A stretch of DNA of 64,000 bases from Mytilus trossulus (GCF_036588685.1 NC_086385.1:55017216-55081215); one strand, 5' to 3'. Counted from the first letter of the stretch, positions 52,901 to 64,000 are shown. Notes: generated from the letters alone by a model not told the origin. Translations and numbers: made by a program.

Positions 52901-53608
52901 TTCCCGTCTCATACATGGTCCGCACATTCCATGCCCCTATGCTGAGAACATTTTTTGGCGTTAAGAGTCCACACTTCTTGCCCCTAGCTGCATTTCTGCT
53001 TTCACTAGACACATTCATTGGGTCATCTGTATGACGTATGTCCTCGTTCACGCAATTCAGTGTTTCTTTTGGTGTGGTTTCCGTAATCAGCTTCTTTTTA
53101 CTCTGCCTGGTGATTAGCCATGCGAGAAACCTAATTCCTGCAGGGCGGAGTTTTGCTGTCTGGGTGTTCTTTCCCATAGATGATTGCCTGCCATGGCTGA
53201 TGAGTTCCATCTTTCCAGCTTTTCTTTCTGGGTCTGCTCCCATAGCCTTTGATCTTCCAAGATCAAACCACAAGGCAGTGGTACTATTTACCCATAGTTG
53301 GGACAAGGTTGATGAGTGTAAGGGCGTGTCCATACGCCGATGGGCCTACACACTGCATCTCTGGGGCCCTTGCTGCTCCGAGATCCTCTACAATAATGCC
53401 TAGAATGCTAAATCCTAGTTACCATGTGCTGTCGCGAGGAGGCATTGTAGAAGTCTTGAATAGTGTAGAGGCTATGTACTGGCAGAAAGACTTAGGCGAT
53501 CGGCTTTCTTTTCACCTGCAATGCAGGCTAGCCAGCGGTGATAGAGAGCCTATGGCTCTAACCACACTAGACGCTTGCACAATCCTGTGGAACAAACCAC
53601 CAGCACAC
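49984..53608 (-). mobile_element. Full-length RTE-clade non-LTR retrotransposon (APE + RT), inactivated by stops and frameshifts
   Basis: APE motifs (IGAWNVRT, GVSECRW, GDLNA, QIDHI, SDHH) and RT motifs (GVRQGC, FADD). The ORF ends directly in a (TAAG)n tail. A ~7-bp TSD aacacac/aacaaac lies at 49977-49983 / 53610-53616. The paralogue at ~39305-39320 shows the empty site. Confidence 0.95.
53385..53608 (-). ncRNA. HDV-like self-cleaving ribozyme at the RTE 5' end
   Basis: P1 GTGTGCT (53608-53602) / AGCACAT (53430-53424) with a G1-U wobble; P2 CTTCTACAAT / ATTGTAGAGG; P3 GCC/GAC; L3 TCCTCGC; P1.1 GG; P4 CTAGGAT/ATTCTAG; J4/2 GCATT. Confidence 0.85.
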
Positions 53609-54287
53609 TAACAAACAGTTTAGTGAAAAAGCTGTGAAAATATCGAAATATAGCAATGGCATTTCTCGTTTGCCATACAATTTTTAATTATCAACTGTGA
53701 AGCAAATAACAACATGCCTTGCTCTTTAACACTGAATTATATTTTTATTAAATTTGATTAATTCGATCGACAAACAACTTCCTCAAAGAGAAGGTCAAGG
53801 ATGTATCATGAAACTGATTCAACAGCAGTGATACAAAGTTATATTTGGTGCTTGCATGCATATTGTTGACAATGAAGTATGGACTTTGTGTTTGTTGATG
53901 TCCATACGGTGATCGTTAACTGATTATATAGTTGATAGTTGTCTCATTGGAACCATACTGTATCTTCTTATTTTTATATGTTAAACACAACCACTTTTAT
54001 ATGTGCCAACACGCCCGTTATTCAGTGGTTATAGTCTATGGTATTTTTTATTGTTTCATTATATGTTTCAATGCATTCCGATGCTGTGGTGTCTGACTAT
54101 AATTTAATGGTTTTTCACATTGTTGAAGGTCGTTATATATATGCCCTGCATTCTACATGATTTGGATATTGATGACATAATATTTTTTGTCGAACACTCA
54201 CATCATCTGTCAAGCATGTGCGTTTGACTCAAACAATTATATTGATATAATAATTATTCATCTCAATTAGGTGTTAGTCAGTTAAAT

Positions 54288-54327
54288 AAAACAAATTCTC
54301 AGCTCAGATGTTAGTATTCAATTTATT
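54288..54327 (-). terminator. Poly(A) signal, copy 4
   Basis: AATAAA at 54322-54327 within the conserved 3'-end block. Confidence 0.65.
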
Positions 54328-54606
54328 GTATAAAAACCAAAAGCAACAAATTATATTCGTAATGTTTTAGCACATTGCATGTGAAAACACTGTCATAAGC
54401 ACAACGCACATTGAAAGGCTTAATCTGTTGATAACGATCAATGTTATATCGATTGAATGAGTACATAGTACAATTAAAGGATCTCGGCATTCTACCTTCC
54501 AAATAAATTCTCGGGTTTCTACCTTTTCAATGTTATATTTAGAAGATGAGCTTACTATATGTCCTTATTATTATGAAATAATTAAGATATGATGAAAAGG
54601 TAGAAC

Positions 54607-54810
54607 TCAATCACTTTTCCAACCACCAGTCTTCATTCCTGCTATTCTATGTGAACGTTTCATCTGTTTATGTTTCTGTTTTGAATGCTGGTCCATAAAA
54701 CTAGTCAAGTTTCGTTCATTGTCATAAATGGTAAACAACATATTGCGATTTTGTCTGGATTCGCAAAGTCCAAGAATCAGATTTGAACTAGCAGGTAATA
54801 CTAATGACAT
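54607..54810 (-). CDS. Small intronless ORF family, copy 4 (67 aa), recent duplicate of copy 3, possibly decaying
   Basis: Ten substitutions versus copy 3 (8 non-synonymous, 2 synonymous by hand count). A ~75-bp 5' leader deletion removes the upstream ATG. The ORF is intact. Confidence 0.65.
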   Translation of the reverse strand: MSLVLPASSNLILGLCESRQNRNMLFTIYDNERNLTSFMDQHSKQKHKQMKRSHRIAGMKTGGWKSD

Positions 54811-54906
54811 CTTTTCTCTTCTTTTCTGTTTCTTTTAAGTAGCAAACGTAACAATCACTTTACAGTTAGGTTAGATCTAATCTAAACATTTTCTATTTCA
54901 TTTTCT

Positions 54907-54953
54907 CCTTTATATGTTTCAATTAAATAGGCGTGGTGTCAAATAGGCGTGGT
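54907..54953 (-). promoter_or_regulatory. Putative core promoter of copy 4
   Basis: Boxes at 54929-54937 and 54945-54953, followed by CATATAAAGG. Confidence 0.65.
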
Positions 54954-56772
54954 TTTACTCTAATTTTAAAATGTTAAGTATATCAATAAATGATTCCAAT
55001 TACTTAATAGCAAAATGTCACGATATCAGTATGTGAATATAGATGTCAGTTATAATTGGTTGCTCGGCTTTTTATTTAACAATTTAAGTTTACATTGTTT
55101 ATCATATTATGATATTTCCTTTATTTCGATTAAAAAAAAATTCTGAAATCTGTTTGTTGCATATTTTTCTCTACATGTTTATTTATAGATGTGCGTTTGT
55201 CTATGCATTTTATGTTAAAAGCTGCGATGTCTTACATGTCGGAGAAGATCTCATTCCTTTAGTTTTTTATTGTGATTATTTTCTGTTGTGCTTTGAATTT
55301 TATTAAATTATTGCATTAAGGATGTTTGAACATGTTTTTAATTATATTATAAAATAGTCATCAAACATGAAATTGTTGCTTTTTGTTATATCATTATGCA
55401 GTTGTGCAACTCGATTTTGAATAAATTATTGATCAGTTTTCTGGAAATCAGTTTTTTTAAAGAGATCATTTGTTTGAAATGTAAAATCCTGGAATATATA
55501 CCATATTGCATAGCGGGTTATTTTCACGGGGGGGGGGGGGGGGGGGGGGGGGGCGGGGCAATTTTCATTGAATAATGTATACGAAATATTTTGGTGGTTA
55601 TTATTTTGGCAGATTCAATACCTTTGCCTGTGCACTTTTAAATTTTAAACGGATTTTATTTAGGCGATTTTGTTTTATCCGCGAAAGTAAGCGAAAATTT
55701 GCACTCAGCGATAATAATCCGGTAAACGGTATTATAGACATATTTGCGAGAAGATGTAACCTGTATCTGAAGAAAAAAAATTATCTTGCTGATTTTTTTA
55801 GTTTTTATTTTTGTTAAACTGCTAAACCACTATTAAATTACAGGAAAGGATAGCGCTCCATAATTACAGGCAATATTGGAAACTAACTTTTATGTCAATT
55901 CGGTCTCTGGTAAACAGTTTTAAAAACAAACCACCATATCTTCTTTTTCTATTTCTATGAGCTTGATTAACCCTTATTTTTTCTCCTGAAAAAACTGTTG
56001 CAATAAAAGACTCTCACCATAACAGTATATATTGTCAGTACCTATTCACCTACCATTAATTGAAATATACTTGCTTTGTTCTAGGATTGAAATTTGCTCG
56101 TTTGTAGAACCCCTATTCCAATAGAACTGAGTAAAAAGGATAAATATTTTGACTCATATCTAAACCTTTAAAACAGTAAGGGCCGGTTAAAAACAAAACG
56201 TAAGGACAACAAAGCTGATTTCAGCTTTTACTTATTTCTCTGTAGTAACCTTTCAATAGTGAAAAATATTTTAATGATTGTATTGTTTATCATGATTTCT
56301 TTGATAAAGGTATGCTGCTCAATTTAAATCAATCAATCCAAGAGTTTTAAGTGATGCAATTGAATGTATCCCTCCGTAAATTCTACGGAGGCAATTACGA
56401 TTATGTTGGTCGCTATGGAAAAGTCGGATTTGTTTCAACTGTCGGAAGAACAATCTCGTCTCCTCCTTAACGAATGTTGCCTACCAAATCAGACTTATCC
56501 TCGAGTAAGTACTAATATGAGCAACACGACGGATGCCACATGTCAGGAATGATCCCCTTATAAATCTTTAGGACTTATATCACCGCAATCATGCTAGTAT
56601 TGATTGGGCTTCAATTCGCTCAGTCAACTGTTTTTTTGTTGTGTTGTTCGTCTTTTTCGTCTGATCAATGGCGTTGTCAATTTATTTTCGACTTTTGAGT
56701 TTGAATGTCCTTTTGTTATTGTTGGCCTCTTGTTAAGTTTTACTCTGACTCAAGAATGTATAGCCCGCTTAT

Positions 56773-58234
56773 CCGAGGCATAGATTACTTTAGCCGTAAT
56801 GGCACAATTTTTTGGAATATTGGATCCTCAATGCTCTTCAACTTTGTATTTGTTTGGATTATAACTATTTTGATATGAGCGTCACTGATGAGTCTTGTGT
56901 AGACGAAACGCGCGTCTGCCGTACTAAATTATAATCCTGGTACCCTTGTTAACTATTTACACCACTGGGTCGATGCCTCTGCTGGTGGACGTTTCGTCCC
57001 AGAGGGTATCACCAGCCCAGCAGTCAACACTTCGGTGTTGACATGAATATCAATTATATGGTCATTTTTCTAAATTTCCTGTTTACAAAACTTTGAATTT
57101 TTCGAAAAACTAAGGATTTTCTTATCCCAGGCATAGATTATAAGGTCATTTTCATAAATTTTCTGTTAACAAAACTTGAAATTTTTGAAAAACTAAGGAT
57201 TTTCTTTTTTTTTTTTATAATGAATTTTCTTTATTGTAACAAATAGACTAGCACAACATGTATGAACAAAGGTGTACAGAATGGCATTTTAACACAAAAG
57301 AAGTATTATATAATAAAACAACAATTGAATATATATGGTGGTGCAATAGTAGCTTGAAAATAAATAAATATCTTATAACATTGAAGTCTTACTTGTTCTT
57401 GCGATATGCATAAGTGGTGTTTCAATCAAATTTTAACATTTATTATTTATTCTATGATAGGGGCCCAGGGACTCCAGTATTTGTTATATTCCTCTACAAA
57501 GAGGTTTCTAAATTCAAGTGTTCCTTTAAATAGTTTTTTAAAGCATTTAAATTTGGCAAAACTTCTTGTAGTTTTGTTCGGTAGATGTAGTATTTTGAAA
57601 AAAGAATAATCTTATTTTTAACAAAATTCAATTTAACATTTTCTAAGATACCAAATAAAATAATCATAATATTCAAAGGCAGTTCTAAGGATTTTCTTAC
57701 CCCCAGAAGTAGATTACCTTAGCCGTATTTGGCACAACTTTTTGTAATTTTCGGGTACTCAATGCTCTTCTTTGGCTTTCTAATTGTTCTGATCTGAGTG
57801 TCACTGATGAGTCTTATGTAGACGAAACGGGCGTCTGGTGTACTATTATAATGATACTGGTACCTTTGATAACTATTTACACCACTGGATCGGTGCCTCT
57901 GCTGGTGGACGTTTCGTCCCCGGGGATATCTCCAATCTAGTAGTCAACACTTCGGTGTTGACATGAATATCAATTATGTGGTCATTTTTATAAATTTCCT
58001 GTTTACAAAACTTTGAATTTTTCGAAAAGCTACGGACTTTCTTATCCCACGCATAGATTACCTTAGCCGTATTTTGCACAACGTTTTGGAATTTTGGATC
58101 CTCAATGCTCTTCATTTTTGTATTTGTTTGGTTTATAACTATTTTGATATGAGCGTCACTGATGAGTCTTATGTAAACGAAATGCGCGTCTGGCGTACTA
58201 AATTATAATCCTGGTACCTTTGATAACTATTTAC
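56773..58234 (+). mobile_element. Tandem retrozyme array (hammerhead cores at 56885, 57804, 58159)
   Basis: Paralogue of 42560-43863 with a 355-bp period for the last monomer. The first two cores are intact. Confidence 0.9.
57207..57684 (-). mobile_element. Short 3' fragment of an L1/Tx1-like LINE inside the retrozyme array
   Basis: 14-bp TSD ctaaggattttctt (57193-57206 / 57685-57698), a poly-T tail and an ILFG...KYYIYRTK remnant. Absent from the paralogue at ~42985. Confidence 0.8.
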
Positions 58235-58239
58235 CAATA

Positions 58240-58700
58240 TAATCATGTAGCGTATCCTTCACGTTTCTCGTAAGGTTGATACCTTTATAATGTATACCTA
58301 ATATTTATTTTATATCATGCTACAAACATCCCTGACCTTGTCGAGTTAACGTTGGAACCACGTTGAAGTATATTTGATGTCTCATTTTCTTCAATCTTCA
58401 CATTTTTATCTTTGCTGGTACCTATTTCGCACCTTCTTTTAATTTTACACAAGGTTTTTTTCTTAGATCAGTTGTCGATCGAATTAATAAATACCTGCAA
58501 ATATATAATTCACATTTAAAGTGCAATTTATACTTTTATTGTCATTCGACAGACACTTATGTTGTATGCAAAACCTGAAATATTCCACACCTAATTAAGA
58601 TCTTTTTGCTGAATGACGTACTTAACGCTTTTGAAATAAACTCAGAAAAAAATTATAGTGTATCTTTTTTATTACCGACTTTGTTTTCCGATAATATATT
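58240..58700. promoter_or_regulatory. CNE copy 6
   Basis: Near-identical to copy 4. TGACGTactTAACGC at 58615-58629. Confidence 0.5.
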
Positions 58701-58803
58701 TTTCCAGAACCAAGTATTGTTGAAAAACTTTTTGAACATTTTGACTTGCATTGTAAAATCATCACTCTGTTATTTACATGTAAAAGCAAATATGACAAGG
58801 AGA

Positions 58804-59055
58804 TAAATAAACTAATCATAGATACCAGGACTAAATTTGATATACGCCAGACGCACATTGTGTCTACAAAAGACTCATCAGTGACGCTTGAATCTAAAAA
58901 AGTTGAAATAAAGCCAAATAAAGTATACTAAGTTGAAGAGCATTAGTATCCAAAATTCCTAAAAGTGTTGCCAAATACAGCTAAGGTAATGTATGCCTGA
59001 GATAGAAAAGCCTTAGTATTTCAAAAAGTTTCAAATTTGGTAAACAGTTAATTTT
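58804..59055 (-). mobile_element. Retrozyme fragment (second subfamily), GAAA box mutated, truncated next to the Gypsy element
   Basis: Paralogue of 44475-44720. Confidence 0.8.
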
Positions 59056-59069
59056 AGACATTTTCTTCA

Positions 59070-62000
59070 CATTAACGGAAGGTTCCGGAGAAGGTGCATG
59101 AGAAGGCGGTGAGTGCGCTAGATGCTTATTTCACACCACTTTCAAATGCCCCTTATGAACGATCAGTTTTTCGATCTATGATTCAGTTTTCTTCAGAGAC
59201 AATTGAACAATATATAACGCGTCTTCGACAGAGAGCTGATACATGTGATTTTGGCAATCAAAATGCATTTGATGAAAGAAAACGAGATCAAATTATTGAT
59301 AAGTGTTTAAGTCACCATCTCAGAAGTAAATTACTTGAGAAAGGTAGGACACTTACTGTACAATGACACAATAGAACTTTAAATGATATTGAATTTGTTG
59401 TTATTGAAGGCAAAGGTCAGGCTGTGTTGAGTCTTAATACAGCAGAACAGTTAGGTGTGCTGCAGTTTGTTCACAGTGTAAGTGAACCTGGAACAATTAA
59501 GGACAAGTATCCAGAATGTTTTACAGAAGTTGGTAAATTGAAATCATTTCAGTTACAGACACCTATCGACCCAGATGTTGAACCCATTATTCAAGCTATA
59601 AGGAGGGTACCGTTTAATCTGCGCGATAAACTTGGCAATAATTTTGATGATTTTTTTAGATTTAGATATAATTGAACATGTCAATGAACCTAGTCAATGT
59701 ATTTCTCCAGTAGTAGTCGTACCAAAACGTACAGGTGATGACATCAGACTATGTGTTGACATGCCCCAGGCTAATACAGCTGTGAAACGAGTATGTCATC
59801 CGATTCCAACAATAGATGAATTATTGTAAGATATGAACTCCAGTAAAGTGTTTAGTAAGCTTGATATAACTTGGGCCTATCACCAAATTGAGTTAAAACC
59901 GAGTCTAGGGAAATAACTACTTTTGTAACTCATAAAGGGTTGTTTAGGTATAAGCGCCTTATGTTTGGTATTAGTTGTGCCCCTGAATTATATCAAAATA
60001 TCATGCAACAATTCCTTCAGGGCTGTGAGGGTGTTCATAACATTATAAATGATATTATTGTATATGCTAGTAACCAGGTTGAACATGATAAATGTCTTGA
60101 AAATGTTGTTAGGGTACTGAGAGACAAAGGTATTACTTTTAACAATGATAAATGTGAATTTAATATGTCCAAAGTAGTGTTCATGGGTCATGTTTTGTCT
60201 GGTCGGGGTATTGGGCCAGCAGATGTCAAAGTCAAAGCTGTCGTTGAAGCACGTGAGCCAAGATCTTCAGCAGAAAATCGTAGTTTCTTAGGTTGATTAT
60301 AGTGCTAGATTCATTTCTGACTTAGCTACTATTTCAGCTCCGCTGCGTGCACTTACTCGTAAAGATGCAACGTTCACATGGGGTAAAGATGAACAAAGGT
60401 CGTTCGCTGAGCTTAAACGTCGTCTTGCAAATGCGGAAACTTTAGGTTATAATGACAAGTCGGCACTGACTGAGGTAATCGCAGATGCTAGTCCAGTTGG
60501 ACTCGGAGCCGTGCTCATACAAGAACATAACGGTGAGATGCGCATTATTTCTTACGCAAGTAGGAGTTTAAGCGATACGGAACGCAGATAGTCGCAGACC
60601 GAAAAGGAGGCTATAGCCTTAGTATGGGCGTGTGAAAGGTTTCACGTTTATATCTACGGAGGCCAGTTCGAGCTTTTAACAGACCATAAAACGCTCGAGT
60701 GTATTTACTCTACAAAGTCGAAAGTATGTGCTCGAATTAAGCGCTGGGTTCTTCGTATGCAACCATATTCATATACTGTACGGTATATTCCCGGACACAA
60801 AAATAAAGCCGACTCGCTATCACGTTTGATCAAAGAAGGAAAAACACGTGACAATCGGGAAAATGTAACGGAGGAATACGTTTAATTTGTAGCTCAAGAA
60901 TCAACACCGGTTGCAATGACAACACGAGAAATAAAAAGAGCTTCCGAAAATGATCCTGAATTAAAGGCTGTCCGAGAATGTCTTGTTCACAGTCAGTGGC
61001 ACCGTATAGAGTTCAAAGAATATCTACCGATTCGAAGTGAACTATGCGCTATTGGTCAATTAGTACTTCGGGATACTCGTATCGTGATACCTATTAGTCT
61101 ACGGGATCAGGTACTTCAGCTTGCTTATGAAGGTAACCCTGGCATTGTTGTCATGAAAACGCGTTTACGAAGTAAGGTCTGGTGCCAGGGATAGACAAAA
61201 GTATTGAGAAGTTTTGTCAAAGCTGTTACGGTTGTCAATTGGTTAGTCAACCTGGTAAACCCGAACCGTTAAAGTGACAGAGTTGCCCTCTGCCCCGTGG
61301 CAACACTTAGCTGCTGATCTGTTAGGACCGTTACCAAGCAATCTTTATATGTTTGTATTAGTTGATTTTTATAGCCGCTATTTTGAAGTCGCCGTTACTA
61401 AGAATATTTCGTCGGAAAATATAACGTCGTTGATTTCAAAATTTTGATTGACTCATGGACTGCCGTTTTAAATTCACACCGATAATGGACCCCAGTGTGT
61501 TAGTCAACATTTAAAAACTTTATGTCCGAACAAAAAATCGTTCGATAATGAAGCGTGTCAAAATTGCGCAAGCCGAAGGTCGACTGGAAATTAGAATTGA
61601 ATAAATTTATAATTATGTACCGTAGTACTGCTCATTCTACAACAGGAGTAAATCCGTCCGAATTACTTTTGGTCGAAAAATCAGAACAAAGTTACCTGAG
61701 TTGATTGATTATAATATTAATGATTTTGAAGTACGCGACCGAGATGCCGAACAAAAGGAAAAAGGAAAAATATATGCTGATAAGCGTCGTGGTGCGTGCG
61801 AGAGTGATATTCGTGTCGACGATCAAGTTCTAGTCAGGAAAGACCGTGGAAATAAAATGTCTACACCTTTTGTTCCATCCCCTTTTAAAGTGGTTGAGAA
61901 AATTGGTAATAGTGTATTGGTTGAATCTGACCAAGGTGTTCAATACAGGAGAAATGTAACACATTTAAAGAAATTTATTAAGAGAGAAAATAATGATTTA

Positions 62001-62496
62001 TCTTGCTCACAATTTGATGCAAACAAAAATGTAGTTAATACAGAGTCTGAAATTATTTCAAGTCACAAAAATGATTATGAGAATTTAAATGAATCTAGCA
62101 ATTTTGATGAAAATAAGTGTTTAAGTTCTAGTCAAGATGAAACTTGTAGTAAGAAAGATAGACCAGTCAGAGTGAAAAGGTTTTGAAATATTATGTGTAC
62201 CATTATGAACAATTACAAGTTATATATGATTTATGTTATAAAGGTATTAATAACAAATGTTTTTGTTGTTGTGGACATATTATTGACAATGTTGTTTTTG
62301 AATTTTTATGTTTTAACAAAATTGACATAGGGTAGTTCAATTTTTATTTGTAAAACAAAAATGTCAAGATGTTTTCAAATCAAAAAAAAAAAAAGGAAGA
62401 GATGTAGTGTTTGCTATGTATGCTTTTGGTATATGAGAATAGAAAGAGAGATAACTCTGTTATATGTTGAAACAATGTATGTGAACTGCTTGTCTC
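59070..62496 (+). mobile_element. Decayed Ty3/Gypsy LTR retrotransposon (gag remnant, RT, RNase H, integrase, PPT, start of 3' LTR)
   Basis: SPVVVVPK..IRLCVD, RLMFG, INDII, DAS..GLGAVL and EKEA motifs; integrase DLLGP/TDNGP remnants; purine tract 62382-62402 followed by TGTAGT at 62403. Many stops. Confidence 0.92.
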
Positions 62497-63575
62497 CCTA
62501 GATACAAGTATATTGTCTTAGGGAGGGATAAATCCTACTTTGTAAAGAATCACTCTGATTCAAACAAAAAATTCTCTGAAACCGATATTATCAAGATGAT
62601 TGATTTCTTGATTGACAACATATTTGTTTCGTTCGGAGAACGTGTTTTTCAACAGACTGTCGGCATCCCAATGGGAACAAACTGTGCCCCTCTACTTGCT
62701 GACTTGTTTCTTTATTATTATGAGGCTGACTTCATGCAGGAACTTCTTAGGAAGAAAGATAAGAAGTTAGCAATATCCTTTAACTCTACTTTCCGCTATA
62801 TAGATGACGTTCTTTCACTAAACAATTCAAAATTTGGTGACTATATGGAACGCATCTATCCCATCGAATTGGAGATAAAGGATACTACAGATACAGTTAA
62901 GTCAGCTTCATATCTTGACTTACATCTAGAAATTGACAATGAGGGTCGGTTGAAGACAAAACTTTACGACAAAAGAGATGATTTCAGCTTTCCAATTGTG
63001 AACTTTCCATTTCTAAGTAGCAACATTCCAGCAGCACCTGCATACGGGGTATATATCTCTCAATTGATACGATATTCCCGTGCTTGCATTTCCTATCATG
63101 ATTTTCTTGATAGAGGGTTACTGCTCACAAGGAAGCTATTAAATCAAGAGTTCCAAATGGTGAAGTTGAAATCATCCCTTCGTAAATTTTACGGACGCCA
63201 TCACGAGTTGGTTGACCGTTATGGAATAACCATTTCACAAATGATATCGGATATGTTCCTTACGTCGTAACTACAATCACCTTCCCTTTCATGAATTTGA
63301 CCGAGCGAATAAGACTATTTACCGGATTTGTAATCACATAAGCAACACGACGGGTGCCGCATGTGGAGCAGGATCTGCTTACCCTTCCGGAGCACCTGAG
63401 ATCACCCCTAGTTTTTGGTGGGGTTCGTGTTGTTTATTCTTTAGTTTTCTATGTTGTGTCATGTGTACTATTGTTTTTCTGTTTGTCTTTTTTATTTTTA
63501 GCCATGGCGTTGTCAGTTTATTTTAGATTTATGAGTTTGACTGTCCCTTTGGTATCTTTCGTCCCTCCTTTTTTT
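62497..63575 (+). mobile_element. 5'-truncated Penelope-like element (Naiad-type RT with no C-terminal endonuclease) plus 3' UTR
   Basis: GIPMGTNCAPLLADLFL, FRYIDD, YLDL and FPIVNFPFLSSNIP motifs. The ORF is open to the stop at 63270. It is inserted into the Gypsy 3' LTR. Confidence 0.85.
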
Positions 63576-63649
63576 GTACTGTTATATATACAATATGCTG
63601 AGTTTCCGATTACGTAATAAATGATGTACTGTCAATGGTGTTTGTTTAT

Positions 63650-63770
63650 AAGCCAGTATCAGGTTCAATCCGAATGTGCTAGCCACAAACAGTATACTTG
63701 TTTGGTTTTATAACTATTTCGATCAAAGCGTCACTGATGAGCATTATGTAGACGAAACACACGTATACAC
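63650..63770 (+). mobile_element. Degenerate retrozyme/hammerhead fragment
   Basis: gcgtcaCTGATGA...gacGAAAC at 63728-63758, with broken stems. Confidence 0.65.
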
Positions 63771-64000
63771 TGGTTCTCCGTTAAAGCTCCCATTTTATGA
63801 CGTTATTTTTTTTCCCAACGTAAGAAAGCAAACCTAACGACTTCCAGTTATTTACCCGTAGCTTGTTATACTTATATCTGATAATTTTATATTTCTTAAA
63901 TATCTATAGTTTTAATTTTTGTAAAGTTTAGTACATATTGCACAACGATCGTGATCGTACCGGCCGTCCATAATGTTTTCTTCGAAAAGCTGAAATTTCC

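Larger units (their letters stand above)
49525..59055 (+). repeat. Segmental duplication unit, paralogous to ~38870-44720
   Basis: As above. The adjacent ~48270-49520 is also collinear with ~26240-29080. Confidence 0.95.

Noticed and set aside
50101-53611. Plus-strand ORFs of 71-253 aa
   Set aside because: Antisense shadows of the RTE coding sequence.

Overview
AT-rich, repeat-dense animal genomic DNA. The hammerhead retrozymes, SINEs and Penelope-like RT suggest a bivalve, most likely a mussel (Mytilus); this is inferred from recognised repeat families, not from a search. The window is an old, still-evolving tandem array of segmental units. Four units carry a small, intronless, minus-strand gene that I cannot assign to any known family (63-67 aa, consensus MS(L/V)VLPAxxNLxxGLxxSxxxCNMxFTI...). 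Each copy has a conserved twin-AGGCGTG/TATA promoter and a conserved AATAAA 3' end. A ~400-bp non-coding element with paired TGACG (CRE-like) sites occurs six times, and three diverged inverted copies of it bracket the units. The rest is mobile DNA: about 17 type I hammerhead motifs in retrozyme repeats; a full-length RTE LINE whose 5' end is an HDV-like ribozyme; Naiad-type Penelope RT copies; a Penelope GIY-YIG ORF with an in-frame Gypsy insert; a decayed Gypsy; a Tc1; L1/Tx1 fragments; Harbinger-type elements; tRNA-SINEs; and 21-, 32- and 47-bp minisatellites. No rRNA, genuine tRNA or CRISPR was found. Coordinates were counted by hand, so repeat boundaries are approximate.
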